NCBI GenBank assembly: GCA_963810095.1
Contig: CAWEMM010000008.1
Location: 113,474 to 177,473 of the forward strand
Length of the DNA: 64,000 bases
Direction: 5' to 3'
Source: an uncultured Chloroflexia bacterium
Lineage (GTDB): Bacteria; Chloroflexota; Anaerolineae; CG2-30-64-16
Of this stretch, positions 29,296 through 39,516 are shown piece by piece; positions within the stretch are counted from its first letter, which is position 1; the number at the start of each line of letters is the position of its first letter. A program made the position numbers and the translations under genes. The notes under the pieces were generated by a model that made no database searches, was not told the DNA's origin, and was given only the letters and a program-made list of their open reading frames with translations.

Positions 29296-32022
29296 ATGGC
29301 CCCAAACGTACTCGAAAACCGTCCTCATTCCGCAGATACCGGCGCGCTTCCTGACGAGCGCGGAGACGCGCACGCTCGTCTTCTGGCCCCCGAGCTGGCG
29401 GAGATCGCCGAGGCAGCGCGCTTTCCCGAAGAGAATCCCAATCCGGTCTTTCGCGTGGCCGCTGATGGCCGGCTGCTCTACGCCAATCGCGCGAGCCGGC
29501 CGCTGCTGGCGACGTGGGGCGTGGATGATGGCGGATGCGTTCCGCCGCCGTGGCGGAATCGGATCACTGAGGTTCTGGCAGGGGGTCAGCCCCGCAAGTG
29601 GGACGCCGAATGTGGCGACCAGCTCTTGCAGCTGCATTATGTGCCCATTCTCATCAGTGGATATGTCAATGTCTACGGGGCCGATGTCACCGAGCGTGTC
29701 ACGGCGCTTCAGGCTGGGCGCGCGTCTGACGCTAAGTATCGTCTATTATTCGACTCGATTGATGTGGCTTTCTGCATCATCGAAGTCCTGTTTGACGAGA
29801 GCGGGAAGCCGGTCGACTATGTCTTCCTCGAAGCCAACCCGGCGTTCGAGCGCCAGACGGGCCTCGTCGACGCAATCGGGCGCCGCATGCGAGACTTGGC
29901 TCCCCTGCATGAGGAATATTGGTTCCAAATCTACGGCAAGATCGCACTCACGGGCGAGCCGGCGCGTTTTGAGAATGCCGCCGCACAGTTTGGCCGGTAT
30001 TATGACCTCTACGCCTTTCGCATTGGCGATCCCGCAGAAAGAAAAGTCGCGGTCCTGTTCAGCGATATAACTTCGCGCAAGCAGGCGGAGGCAGAGCGAG
30101 ACCGGCTGTGGCGTGAGGTCGAGGCGCGTAATCGTGAGCTCGAGGCTCAAGCGGAGCAGATCCGGACGCTGAACGCGGGTCTCGAGCAGCGCGTGCTCGA
30201 GCGAACGGCGGAGCTGGAGGCGATTTTTGCGAGCATACCGGACGCACTCTATGTCGCCGACGAAAGCGGGGTGCTGCGCTGCAACCGGGCCGTGCTCGAT
30301 GCCTTCGGGTGCGAGACCGTGGACGAACTCAACGAGAAGCGCCGACAGCTGGTATCCCAGATGTCGCCACGCTATGCCGGCACCGGGCAGTCAATCCCGC
30401 ACGCGGAGCTCGAACGGGGGCCGCGGCGGCGAGGCGAGCGGGCAGTCGTCGAAATGACGATCCGTCATCAAGCGACCCAGCAAGATCGGACCTATCGTGT
30501 GGCGGCTGCGCCAGTGCCATTGCACGGCCAGACCGTCGCGTTCGTGGCTCATGCCACCGACATCACCGAACAGAAGCGCACTGAACTGGAACTGGCTTAT
30601 CAGGCGAACCTGCTGGCCAACGTGAGCGATGCGGTGATCGCGACCGACCTGGACCACCGGATTACGTCGTTGAATCGCGCCGCCGAGGAGATGTTCGGTT
30701 GGACGATTGCAGAAGCGCGGGGCCGGCCAATTGAAGAAGTCCTGCCGAGCCGCTTCATTAAAACGTCGGTTGCGGAGGTCTACCGTGAACTGGCGGAAGA
30801 GGGACGGTGGCGCGGGGAAATGATCGTGACCTGTCGCGACGGGCGGGAGCTGCACGTCGATGCGAGCCGCATGCCCGTGCGTGATGCCCGCGGCCAGGTC
30901 ATCGGCCAGGTGGGCGTGAAGCGCGACATCACGGCGCAGAAGCAAGCCCGCGCACAGATAGACCACATGGCCGATCTGCTCGAGAACGTCAACGACGCTA
31001 TCTTTGCCTACGATGTCAACATGCGCATCACCGCTTGGAACAAGCGCGCGGCGGAACTGTACGGCTGGAGCGCCGCCGAGGCGATCGGGGCTTATGGGCC
31101 TGATATCGTCGGTTCGCGCCTAACCGTGGATCAGCGGGACGCCGCGATGCGGCACATAGCCGAGATCGGTCGCTGGCAGGGCCAGGCTATGCATACTCGG
31201 CGCGACGGCACCCCCATCATCATCGAGGCGACCGCAATGCGGTTGTGCGACGAGACCGGCCGCGTCAACGGCTACGTGACCGTGAACCGTGACATCACCG
31301 AGCGCAAGAGGATGGAGGACGAACTCAAGGCCCGTCGGGAGGAGCTAGAGGGTTTGTCGCGGCGACTGGTAACCATGCAGGAGAGCGAACGCAGCTACGT
31401 GGCGGATCAGTTATATAACCAGGCGGGGCAGGTCCTGGCAGCGCTCCAAATGCAGCTCTCTCGGCTCGGTCGTGAGGACGGACGCGAGGGGCCGGCGGAG
31501 CAGTTGCCGCGCATGCAAGCCATGCTGCAAGAGGCGATTGGGGAACTGCACGACCTGGCCAAGGAGCTGCGGCCGGCCGGCCTCGATCGTTCGAGCCTGG
31601 CCCGCGTTTTGGGGACTTACGTGACCGAGTTCGGCAAGTCGCATGGGCTGGCGGTGCAATTCCGGCCGGGCACGGCGGAAGCGCTGCGCGTGCCGGCGGA
31701 CGTTGGAACTGCGATCTTCCGCTCTGTACAAGAGGGGCTGACGAACGTCGCGCGGCATGCTCGGGCATCGGAAGTTGTCCTGTCGTTGGCAGTGGAGGGC
31801 GACGACCTGGTGGTGACGCTAACGGACAACGGCGTCGGGTTTGGCGCCGGCGTTGCTTTCGGGGAGGACGGTCGCGAGCTGAGGGCCGCGATGGGCCAGC
31901 CGGGTTGGCTCGGCCTGGCCAGCATTCGGGAGCGACTGGAAATCATTGGCGGTCACCTGACGATTCTGAGCGGGAAATCAGGGACAACGCTGACGATGAC
32001 GGCGCCAATCGTCGGGCGCTAA
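29296..32022 (+). CDS. multi-PAS sensor kinase, NarX/HisKA_3 type, with a non-canonical H-box
   Basis: About five PAS/PAC repeats (DIT..K), QEGLTNVARHA, DNGVGF, GLASIRER; H-box reads DQLYN. Confidence 0.88.
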   Translation: MAPNVLENRPHSADTGALPDERGDAHARLLAPELAEIAEAARFPEENPNPVFRVAADGRLLYANRASRPLLATWGVDDGGCVPPPWRNRITEVLAGGQPRKWDAECGDQLLQLHYVPILISGYVNVYGADVTERVTALQAGRASDAKYRLLFDSIDVAFCIIEVLFDESGKPVDYVFLEANPAFERQTGLVDAIGRRMRDLAPLHEEYWFQIYGKIALTGEPARFENAAAQFGRYYDLYAFRIGDPAERKVAVLFSDITSRKQAEAERDRLWREVEARNRELEAQAEQIRTLNAGLEQRVLERTAELEAIFASIPDALYVADESGVLRCNRAVLDAFGCETVDELNEKRRQLVSQMSPRYAGTGQSIPHAELERGPRRRGERAVVEMTIRHQATQQDRTYRVAAAPVPLHGQTVAFVAHATDITEQKRTELELAYQANLLANVSDAVIATDLDHRITSLNRAAEEMFGWTIAEARGRPIEEVLPSRFIKTSVAEVYRELAEEGRWRGEMIVTCRDGRELHVDASRMPVRDARGQVIGQVGVKRDITAQKQARAQIDHMADLLENVNDAIFAYDVNMRITAWNKRAAELYGWSAAEAIGAYGPDIVGSRLTVDQRDAAMRHIAEIGRWQGQAMHTRRDGTPIIIEATAMRLCDETGRVNGYVTVNRDITERKRMEDELKARREELEGLSRRLVTMQESERSYVADQLYNQAGQVLAALQMQLSRLGREDGREGPAEQLPRMQAMLQEAIGELHDLAKELRPAGLDRSSLARVLGTYVTEFGKSHGLAVQFRPGTAEALRVPADVGTAIFRSVQEGLTNVARHARASEVVLSLAVEGDDLVVTLTDNGVGFGAGVAFGEDGRELRAAMGQPGWLGLASIRERLEIIGGHLTILSGKSGTTLTMTAPIVGR

Positions 32023-32056
32023 TGGTAGACCCGTTTAGCAGTGTGGAGAGATGGGC

Positions 32057-32513
32057 ATGAACGATCCTCAGCCGCGACGGAAATGCCGGCAATTCGATCC
32101 GGGTGCTAATCGCCGACGACCATGCGATGGTGCGGACGGGCCTGTGTATGATCCTGGAAGACGAGCCGGATTTGGAAGTGGTTGGGGAGGCCGAGGATGG
32201 GGCCCGGGCCCTGGAATTGGCGCTGGCGCTGCTGCCCACCGTGGTTCTGGCAGACATCAGCATGCCGCGGCCGGACGGGATCGAGCTGGCGCGCCTGCTT
32301 TGCCGGGACGCGCCCAGCGTAAAGACGATCATGGTTAGCATGCATCAGGATCCGGAAATCGTGGACGACGCCTTCGCGGCCGGGGCGGCCGGCTTTGTTC
32401 TTAAGCAGTCGGGGCCTGATGAGCTCGTGCAGGCAATCCGGCGCGTGGCGGCAGGCGGGCGGTATCTCGACGCGCAACTGCGCGAGCGCGGGATGAAGTT
32501 TGGGGAGATCTAG
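32057..32513 (+). CDS. NarL-type receiver domain without an HTH (5' frameshift)
   Basis: VLIADDH, ADISMP, GFVLK; stop directly after the receiver domain. Confidence 0.85.
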
Positions 32514-32547
32514 AGCCGCCATTCTTCTGGTCGCGACCAAGCAAGAC

Positions 32548-34488
32548 CTATTCAATCTGATACGGCACGTTGGTAATAACTACTCCATGTCGGCCACGCA
32601 GCGCAAGCTCCAGCCACGTTGCCGTCTGAGTGTGGAGCAGATTCGCCGCGGCCTGCTCGGGCACGAACTGCGGGACCACAACAGTGATGATTTCGTTCGG
32701 CTGCCGTTCCTTGTAGATGCCCTCGATGTACTGCAGTAAAGGCTCCATCAGCAGGCGGTAGGGCGACTCAAGCACCACCAGGCGCACGCCTTCGCCCCAC
32801 GTGTCCCATTTCTTCTTGACTCGCTCAGCATCGTCCGGATCGATGGAGACATGCACAGCGGTGACGTCTGGCGACAAGGCCTGGGCGTAACGCAGTGCAG
32901 CCAGCGTCCCGCGGTGAACCCCGCTCAGCGGCAGTATGACGCGCTGACGCGTAATGGGTGGCGGGCCGCCAAAATCGTCCAGAGACAGGCTCCGCGCCAA
33001 GCGCCGGTAATGGCGGTGAATCGTGCTAAGGCCAAGGACCAGAGTAGGAATCAAAACAAGAATGATCCATGCGCCGTCCTTGAATTTGGCAACCGCAAAG
33101 ACGACAGCGACGATCGCGGTCATCACTGCGCCGAACCCGTTGACGAACAGCTTGCCGTGCCACCCGGATTCATACGCCAGCTTCGAGCCGCGCTCCTGAA
33201 CTTCCTCACCCGGCTTCAGCTGGCCGATCTTCCGCCAGCGGAGCGCCATACCGGTCTGCGAAAGCGTAAAGGAGAGAAACACGCCGATTGCATACAACGG
33301 GATGAGGGCGGTGACCGATGCCTCGAACACGATAATCAGCAGGGAGGCGATGAGCGCCAGGGCCACAATGCCACGCGAGAAAACCAGGCGGCTGCCACGA
33401 TACGCGAGCTGGCGCGGCAAGAAGCCATCCTGCGCAAGGAGAGCCGACAGACGTGGAAAGTCGGCGAAGGCGGTATTGGCGGCCAGGATGAGGATCAGCG
33501 ATGTCGCGGCGATCAGGAGCAGATAGGGCAGGTCGCGTCCCCCGTAGACCGTGCGCCCCAATTGCGAGATGACGGTCTCGAGCTCCGACGGCACTGCGCC
33601 GATCTGCACTGACAGAAATGTGATACCGAGGAGCAGCGTACCCAGGATCGCCGACATCCAGATGAGCGTGATGCCCGCATTGTGACTGCGCGGCTGCTTG
33701 AACGCGGGGATGCCGTTCGAGATCGCCTCCACACCCGTTAGCGCGCTGGTTCCGTTGGCGAACGCACGCAGGATCAGGAAGAGCGAGACGGCTTGGGCGC
33801 CGTGAATCATCTCAAGCTCGGGGGGATCGACAACGGTGCCGAGGTCGCCTGTCAGGTAGCGCAGCAAGCCGACAATCACCGTAACGAACATCATGACGAT
33901 GAAAAAGTAGGTGGGGATGGCGAAGACGGCGCCGGATTCCTTTACCCCGCGCAGGTTCATCACCATTACGAAGAGCACCAAGGCTACCGAGAGCTCGACC
34001 CGCAGCGGAAAAAGCGCCGGAACAGCGGAGGTAACCTGCGCGACGCCAGACGAAACCGAAACTGCGACGGTCAGGATATAGTCCGTGAGCAGCGCGGCAC
34101 CTGCAATTTGTGCCGGCAGCTCGCCTAAATTGTCACGCGAGACGATGTATGCACCGCCGCCACCCGGATAGGCGTGGATCGTCTGCTCGTACGAGATGGT
34201 AACAATGGCGAGCAGGCCAACAATCGCGATCGAGAGCGGGATTGCGTAGCCGAGCGCGGCTGAGCCGGCGAGCGCCAGGACGACGAGCATTTCCTGGGTC
34301 GCGTAGGCTGAGGACGACATCGCATCGGAAGAAAAAACGGCCAGGCCAACGATCTTGCTGATCGCCTGATGCGGCGCATCGGCCGTTCTCAGAGGTCGCC
34401 CAAACAGCCAGGTGCTCCACGAACGGCGGGGCACTGAGCCCGCAGTGCGGTGTTGAATGGTTATGGCTTCTTCTTCAACTCGTTGCAT
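32548..34488 (-). CDS. APC family permease, KimA/YdaO-like K+ transporter
   Basis: VFSSDAMSS.AY, AYPGGGGAY, TGVEAISNG, PLYAIGVF, cytosolic C-domain SPYR. Confidence 0.9.
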   Translation of the reverse strand: MQRVEEEAITIQHRTAGSVPRRSWSTWLFGRPLRTADAPHQAISKIVGLAVFSSDAMSSSAYATQEMLVVLALAGSAALGYAIPLSIAIVGLLAIVTISYEQTIHAYPGGGGAYIVSRDNLGELPAQIAGAALLTDYILTVAVSVSSGVAQVTSAVPALFPLRVELSVALVLFVMVMNLRGVKESGAVFAIPTYFFIVMMFVTVIVGLLRYLTGDLGTVVDPPELEMIHGAQAVSLFLILRAFANGTSALTGVEAISNGIPAFKQPRSHNAGITLIWMSAILGTLLLGITFLSVQIGAVPSELETVISQLGRTVYGGRDLPYLLLIAATSLILILAANTAFADFPRLSALLAQDGFLPRQLAYRGSRLVFSRGIVALALIASLLIIVFEASVTALIPLYAIGVFLSFTLSQTGMALRWRKIGQLKPGEEVQERGSKLAYESGWHGKLFVNGFGAVMTAIVAVVFAVAKFKDGAWIILVLIPTLVLGLSTIHRHYRRLARSLSLDDFGGPPPITRQRVILPLSGVHRGTLAALRYAQALSPDVTAVHVSIDPDDAERVKKKWDTWGEGVRLVVLESPYRLLMEPLLQYIEGIYKERQPNEIITVVVPQFVPEQAAANLLHTQTATWLELALRGRHGVVITNVPYQIE

Positions 34489-34572
34489 GTTTTCCTGGCC
34501 CCGCCTACTGGCGCGACTTAACCTCCCTGCTGGGTGATGACCAAACGCGATGGACGAGCTCTCCAACAAGGG

Positions 34573-34637
34573 AGTGTACCTGAGGACACATCAAGACGGC
34601 GTCAAATCGGGGCCAAAACGTGTCAAGAAAACGTCAA
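34573..34637 (-). promoter_or_regulatory. promoter with five phased TTGAC-like repeats (putative KdpE boxes)
   Basis: TTGACG, TTGACA, TTGGCC, TTGACG, TTGATG at 10-11 nt period, then 10 nt, then TACACT. Confidence 0.6.
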
Positions 34638-35329
34638 GATGCCCGCAGCCGGTACCCAACGCCAGGCTCGTTCAGGATGTACCGGGGCATCGCGGGTTCC
34701 GCCTCGATCTTGCGCCGGAGGTTGCTGATGTTGACGCGCAGCAGGTGCGACTCCGATTCGGACGTCGGCCCCCACACCTCCCGCAGCAACTGTCGCTGGG
34801 TAAGCACCTTTCCGGCATGGGTGATCAGCACACGCAAGAGGTCGTACTCGGTCGGCGTCAGCTGCACTGCTTGTCCGGCAATGGTCACGAGCCGCCGCGA
34901 CAAATCGACGGCCAACTCGCCGGAACTGAGTGTTGCGTTCGCAATCTCTGGCGTCCGGTGGCGTACCGCAACCCGCAGTCTTGCCAGCAGCTCGCCGACG
35001 CCGAAAGGCTTTGTCAGGTAATCATCGGCTCCCGCGTCAAGGGCACGGATCTTCTCTGCCTCGTCGTTACGGACGGATAGGACAAGGACCGGCGTCGTGC
35101 TCCACTCGCGCAGCCGTGTCGTAACCTCGACGCCGTCGACGTCGGGCAGACCGAGGTCAAGGATTACGATGTCAGGCCTGGTGACCAGGACGGCGTTGAC
35201 TGCTTCCGCGCCAGTCGTCGCCTCGAAGACCGTGTAGCCATGGGCCGAGAGGGACGCGCGCAGAAAGCGGCGAATGGGCCTTTCGTCGTCAACGATGAGC
35301 ACGCGCAGCTGGTCAAGTTCATTCGACAA
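34634..35329 (-). CDS. kdpE: KdpE-like OmpR family response regulator
   Basis: LDLGLPD.DG, ADDYLTKPF, LTPTEY..L…HAGKVLT, LRRKIE..P..PRYI..EPGVGY. Confidence 0.88.
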   Translation of the reverse strand: MSNELDQLRVLIVDDERPIRRFLRASLSAHGYTVFEATTGAEAVNAVLVTRPDIVILDLGLPDVDGVEVTTRLREWSTTPVLVLSVRNDEAEKIRALDAGADDYLTKPFGVGELLARLRVAVRHRTPEIANATLSSGELAVDLSRRLVTIAGQAVQLTPTEYDLLRVLITHAGKVLTQRQLLREVWGPTSESESHLLRVNISNLRRKIEAEPAMPRYILNEPGVGYRLRAS

Positions 35330-37265
35330 GGTAGGGCACGTCCGTTATCACGATCTCGGGCCGCGTCAACAGCGCGAGCCGGAGCCATGTCGCGGTCTGG
35401 GCGTGCAGCAGATTTGCCCACCAATGACGAGACACGAATTGCGGCACGACAACCGTGATCTTATCGCCCGGCTGCCGAACCGCGTCGAGCTCGGTGATAT
35501 AGGCGAGCAACGGCTCCAGAAGCATGCGATAGGGCGACTCAAGGATTTCCAGACGCACCCCATCCCCGTACAGCTCCCACTTATGGCGCACCCTTTCGGC
35601 TTCCGCAGCGTCCATGCTCACGTGTACGGCCGTGACGTCCGTACCGAGAAGCTCGGCGTAGCGCAGCGCGGCCAGCGTTCCCTGGTGCACACCGCTGATC
35701 GGCATGATCACCCGGTGACGCCGCGCGGGGAGCTCGGGCTGGTAGTCGTCCAGCGACAAAGTGTGTGCAACCGTCTTGTAATGATGATGGATCTGGAAGA
35801 AGATGAACACCATTACGGGGACGAGCAAGACGATGATCCATGCCCCGTCGTGGAATTTGGTCGACGCGAACACGATCATCACGACGAACGTCATCACGGC
35901 GCCCACGCCGTTGATCAGGAGTTTAGCCTGCCAACCCTTTTCGTAGCGCAACGTCGAGCCGGGGTCTACGATCTCCTCGCCGGGTTTCAGATGGCCGACC
36001 CGCCACCAGCGCTTCGCCATGCCGCTTTGGGACAGCGTGAAGGACAGAAACACGCCGATGGCGTAGAGGGGAATCAGCCGGCTGACGCTGGCCTGGAACG
36101 CGATAATCAGGAGCGACGCGATGAGGCCCAGTGCCATGATGCCGCGCGAGAAGACCAGCCGGCTGCCCTTGTAGGTAAGTTGCCGCGGCAGGAAGCCGTC
36201 GCCCGCATGGAGGGCCGCCAGGCGGGGGAAGTCGGCAAACGCCGTGTTGGCTGCCATGATCAGGATTAAGGTCGTGGATGCGATGACGGCCAGGTAAAGG
36301 GCTTGACCGCTCAAGGCAGTGCGCGCAAGCTGCGAAATGACGGTTTCGCCCGTCTCCGTCGGCACCGCGCCGATCTGGCGGGCGAGAAAGGTGATCGCGA
36401 GCATCAGCGAGCCCAAGATGACGGACATGACCAGCAGCGTACGGCCGGCGTTGTGGCTTCTGGGCTCCTTGAAGGCCGTGATGCCGTTCGAAATGGCCTC
36501 AACTCCGGTAACAGCGCTTGTGCCGCTGGCAAACGCGCGCAACACCAGGAACAGTGTTAGCGGCAGGACCCCTTCTGCTGCCATTGTCGGTGGATTGCTG
36601 ACCATCGGCAGCGTGCCGGTAAAGTGCTTGAACAGGCCAATGCCCACGGTCAGGAAGGCCATCAAGAGGAAGAAGTAGGTGGGCACGGCGAAGATCCGCC
36701 CCGATTCCTTCACCCCCCGCAGGTTGATCACAGTGACCACCGCGACCATAGCGACCGACAGTTCGACGCGGTAGTTGTACAGTCCGGGGAAGGCGGAGAC
36801 GATTTGGGCCACCCCGGACGAAATCGACACCGCGACCGTCAGGATGTAGTCGGTTAGCAGCGCTGCGCCCGCGGTCTGCGCGGGCAACTCGCCGAGGTTG
36901 TCACGCGCGACGATGTACGCGCCACCGCCGCCAGGGTAGGCGTGAATTGTCTGCTCGTAGGACAGCGTCAGTATGGTGAGCAGGACGCAGATGCCAATCG
37001 CGAGCGGCACGGCGAGCGCAAGCGCGCCCGCACCTGCCAGCGCCAGGATCAGCATGAGTTCCTGGGGTGCGTAGGCCACCGACGACATCGCATCCGAGGA
37101 GAAGACGGCCAGCCCGATCACCTTGTTGATGGCCTGGTGGGGCGCATCGGCTGTCGCCAACGGCCTTCCGATCAGCCACGTTCGCCACGATCGAGCGGGA
37201 CGATATTCCGGCATCCGCTGTAATATGCCGATGTGCTCCGCACCGGCGCTCTCCACAATCTGCAT
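35319..37265 (-). CDS. second KimA/YdaO-like APC permease
   Basis: Same motifs as 32548-34488. Confidence 0.9.
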   Translation of the reverse strand: MQIVESAGAEHIGILQRMPEYRPARSWRTWLIGRPLATADAPHQAINKVIGLAVFSSDAMSSVAYAPQELMLILALAGAGALALAVPLAIGICVLLTILTLSYEQTIHAYPGGGGAYIVARDNLGELPAQTAGAALLTDYILTVAVSISSGVAQIVSAFPGLYNYRVELSVAMVAVVTVINLRGVKESGRIFAVPTYFFLLMAFLTVGIGLFKHFTGTLPMVSNPPTMAAEGVLPLTLFLVLRAFASGTSAVTGVEAISNGITAFKEPRSHNAGRTLLVMSVILGSLMLAITFLARQIGAVPTETGETVISQLARTALSGQALYLAVIASTTLILIMAANTAFADFPRLAALHAGDGFLPRQLTYKGSRLVFSRGIMALGLIASLLIIAFQASVSRLIPLYAIGVFLSFTLSQSGMAKRWWRVGHLKPGEEIVDPGSTLRYEKGWQAKLLINGVGAVMTFVVMIVFASTKFHDGAWIIVLLVPVMVFIFFQIHHHYKTVAHTLSLDDYQPELPARRHRVIMPISGVHQGTLAALRYAELLGTDVTAVHVSMDAAEAERVRHKWELYGDGVRLEILESPYRMLLEPLLAYITELDAVRQPGDKITVVVPQFVSRHWWANLLHAQTATWLRLALLTRPEIVITDVPYLVE

Positions 37266-37335
37266 CTCGTTCTCCAGGCAAAGCTATGGCGCAACGCCAC
37301 GTTGTCACATGCGGCACTGCGCCCTCACGCAACAG

Positions 37336-37401
37336 AGCATACAGCGCCTGCGCGTCAAAGGGACGAAAAGAAACGCAGCAGGAAGGTCAAGGTTGCGTCA
37401 A
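37336..37401 (-). promoter_or_regulatory. promoter with phased TTGAC repeats
   Basis: TTGACG(37401), TTGACC(37390), TTGACG(37358), then TATGCT. Confidence 0.5.
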
Positions 37402-37446
37402 GGTGCACGAGCAATACAGGCACCGTGCCGGCGGCGAATCTCCGGC

Positions 37447-37511
37447 TTGACCTGTTCTTGACCCGCGGCGACTCCTTCTTGTCCCCTCCGTGACCTGATT
37501 TGTCCTACAGT
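37447..37511 (+). promoter_or_regulatory. kdp promoter with phased TTGAC repeats
   Basis: TTGACC 37447, TTGACC 37458, GCGACT 37468, TTGTCC 37479, GTGACC 37490, 10 nt, TACAGT. Confidence 0.6.
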
Positions 37512-37607
37512 AAGTCTCGAAAGGCACCGACCCGCGGCACTGGCGCTGGACGCCAGGCGCCGTGAAGGTAGGCGCCGTCCAACCGACGAGGAGAGGAAAG
37601 AGTAGCG

Positions 37608-37694
37608 ATGGCGGACATTCTCTATCTGGCAATTGGTCTCGGTTTCTTCGGCCTCTGCGCGGCACTGGCCGGGCTCTTCAAGCGACTTATGTGA
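37608..37694 (+). CDS. 28-aa hydrophobic peptide upstream of kdpF
   Basis: [28 protein letters not shown] after a purine-rich RBS. Confidence 0.65.
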   Translation: MADILYLAIGLGFFGLCAALAGLFKRLM

Positions 37695-37705
37695 GGCTAC
37701 GGACG

Positions 37706-37798
37706 ATGGATGCGACGTATGTACTCGCCGGGTTGGTCGCCTTGCTCTTGCTTGGGTACCTTGTGGCGACCCTGCTCAAACCGGAGTGGTTCGGATAA
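37706..37798 (+). CDS. kdpF: K+-transporting ATPase subunit F
   Basis: …[15 protein letters not shown]; stop overlaps the kdpA start. Confidence 0.88.
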   Translation: MDATYVLAGLVALLLLGYLVATLLKPEWFG

Positions 37799-39516
37799 TG
37801 TTTGAAACTTCGCTTCAACAAGACTGGCTGCAACTCGGGATTTTCATCGCGCTGCTGGTGCTACTGGTACGGCCGCTCGGTGCATACATGGCCCGGGTCT
37901 ATCGCGGCGATCGCACGCTGCTCTCGGCCGTCTTCGGGCCACTTGAGCGCGGCCTGTACCGGGTCGCCGGCATCAGGTCGGACGCCGAGATGACGTGGCA
38001 GATGTACGCGGTGGCGGTGCTCCTGTTCAGCGCGGTGAGCTTCGCACTCCTATATGTACTGCTACGCGTTCAGCATCTGCTGCCGCTGAATCCGCAAGGT
38101 CTCGGCCCACTCTCGCCGGATCTGGCGTTCAACGCTGCTGCAAGCTTCGTGACCAACACGAACTGGCAGGCCTACGGCGGCGAGACGACGATGAGCTACC
38201 TCTCCCAGATGTTGGGGCTGACGGTGCAGAACTTCGTGTCAGCCGCAGCCGGCATGGCGGTGTTGGTCGCATTCATTCGCGGCCTGAGCCGCGAGAAGAG
38301 CCAGGGGCTCGGCAACTTCTGGGTCGACCTCACGCGGACCGTGCTGTACATCCTGCTGCCGCTCGCGTTCGTGCTGGCTCTCGCGCTCGTCTCGCAAGGT
38401 GTCGTGCAGACGCTCGGCAACTACCAGCCGGTGACGGGGCTGCAACCCGGCTCCGGCCAATTGCTGCCCCTTGGACCGGCCGCGTCACAGGTCGCGATCA
38501 AGCAGCTCGGCACCAACGGGGGCGGCTTTTTCAACGTGAACTCGGCGCACCCGTTCGAGAACCCGACGCCGCTCAGCAACCAGCTCGAACTGCTGTCGAT
38601 CCTGCTTATCCCGGCCGCGTTGACCTACACGTTCGGCCGGATGATCGGCGACACGCGGCAAGGCTGGGCGCTGCTGGTGGTCATGGTCGTCGTATTCGTC
38701 GCAGTCGCCGGGGTGACGATCTGGGCGGAAGCCCGGCCGAACCCTGCCCTCACAGGGCTCCCGATCGATCAGTCGGCAGGGAACCTGGAGGGCAAAGACC
38801 TGCGCTTTGGCGCGGCAGGATCGGCGCTCTGGGCATCCGCGACGACCGCGGCGTCGAACGGGTCCGTCAACTCGATGCACGACTCGTTCACGCCGCTCGG
38901 GAGCCTCGGCCCCATGTGGCTGATGCAGCTCGGCGAGGTCATCTTTGGTGGCGTGGGCTCGGGCCTCTATGGCTTACTCGCGTTCGCCATTATCGCAGTA
39001 TTCATCGCGGGGCTCATGGTGGGGCGTACGCCTGAATACCTGGGCAAGAAGATCGAAGTGTTCGAGATGAAAATGGCCGCACTGATCGTGCTGATTCCGG
39101 TTGTCACGGTGCTGCTGGGGACGGCCGCCGCTGTGACGGCGCCGGCGGGCGTGGCAGGCATCTTCAACAAGGGGCCGCAAGGCTTTAGTGAAGCGCTCTA
39201 CGCATTCTCGTCGGCCGGCAATAACAACGGCAGTGCTTTTGCGGGGCTGGGAGCCAACTCCCCGTTCTATAACACGGCCCTGGGGATCGCGATGTTGATC
39301 GCGCGCTTCTGGCTCGTCGTGCCGACCTTGGCGATGGCCGGGAGCCTGGCTGCCAAGAAACGGGTGCCGGCGAGCGCGGGCACTCTGCCAACCCATTCGC
39401 CACTGTTCGTCAGTTGGCTGGTCGGCGTGGTGCTGTTGGTGGGCGCGCTGAGCTTCCTGCCTGCCCTGGCACTAGGACCGATCGTACAGGAGTTGATGCG
39501 GGGGAGGTTGTTCTGA
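37798..39516 (+). CDS. kdpA: K+-transporting ATPase subunit A
   Basis: [39 protein letters not shown]. Confidence 0.97.
   Translation: MFETSLQQDWLQLGIFIALLVLLVRPLGAYMARVYRGDRTLLSAVFGPLERGLYRVAGIRSDAEMTWQMYAVAVLLFSAVSFALLYVLLRVQHLLPLNPQGLGPLSPDLAFNAAASFVTNTNWQAYGGETTMSYLSQMLGLTVQNFVSAAAGMAVLVAFIRGLSREKSQGLGNFWVDLTRTVLYILLPLAFVLALALVSQGVVQTLGNYQPVTGLQPGSGQLLPLGPAASQVAIKQLGTNGGGFFNVNSAHPFENPTPLSNQLELLSILLIPAALTYTFGRMIGDTRQGWALLVVMVVVFVAVAGVTIWAEARPNPALTGLPIDQSAGNLEGKDLRFGAAGSALWASATTAASNGSVNSMHDSFTPLGSLGPMWLMQLGEVIFGGVGSGLYGLLAFAIIAVFIAGLMVGRTPEYLGKKIEVFEMKMAALIVLIPVVTVLLGTAAAVTAPAGVAGIFNKGPQGFSEALYAFSSAGNNNGSAFAGLGANSPFYNTALGIAMLIARFWLVVPTLAMAGSLAAKKRVPASAGTLPTHSPLFVSWLVGVVLLVGALSFLPALALGPIVQELMRGRLF

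Noticed and set aside
37266-37607. c-di-AMP (ydaO) riboswitch upstream of the KimA-like and kdp genes
   Set aside because: The characteristic GCTGAATC…GGGGGA…GGGGTGAATC pattern is not visible on either strand
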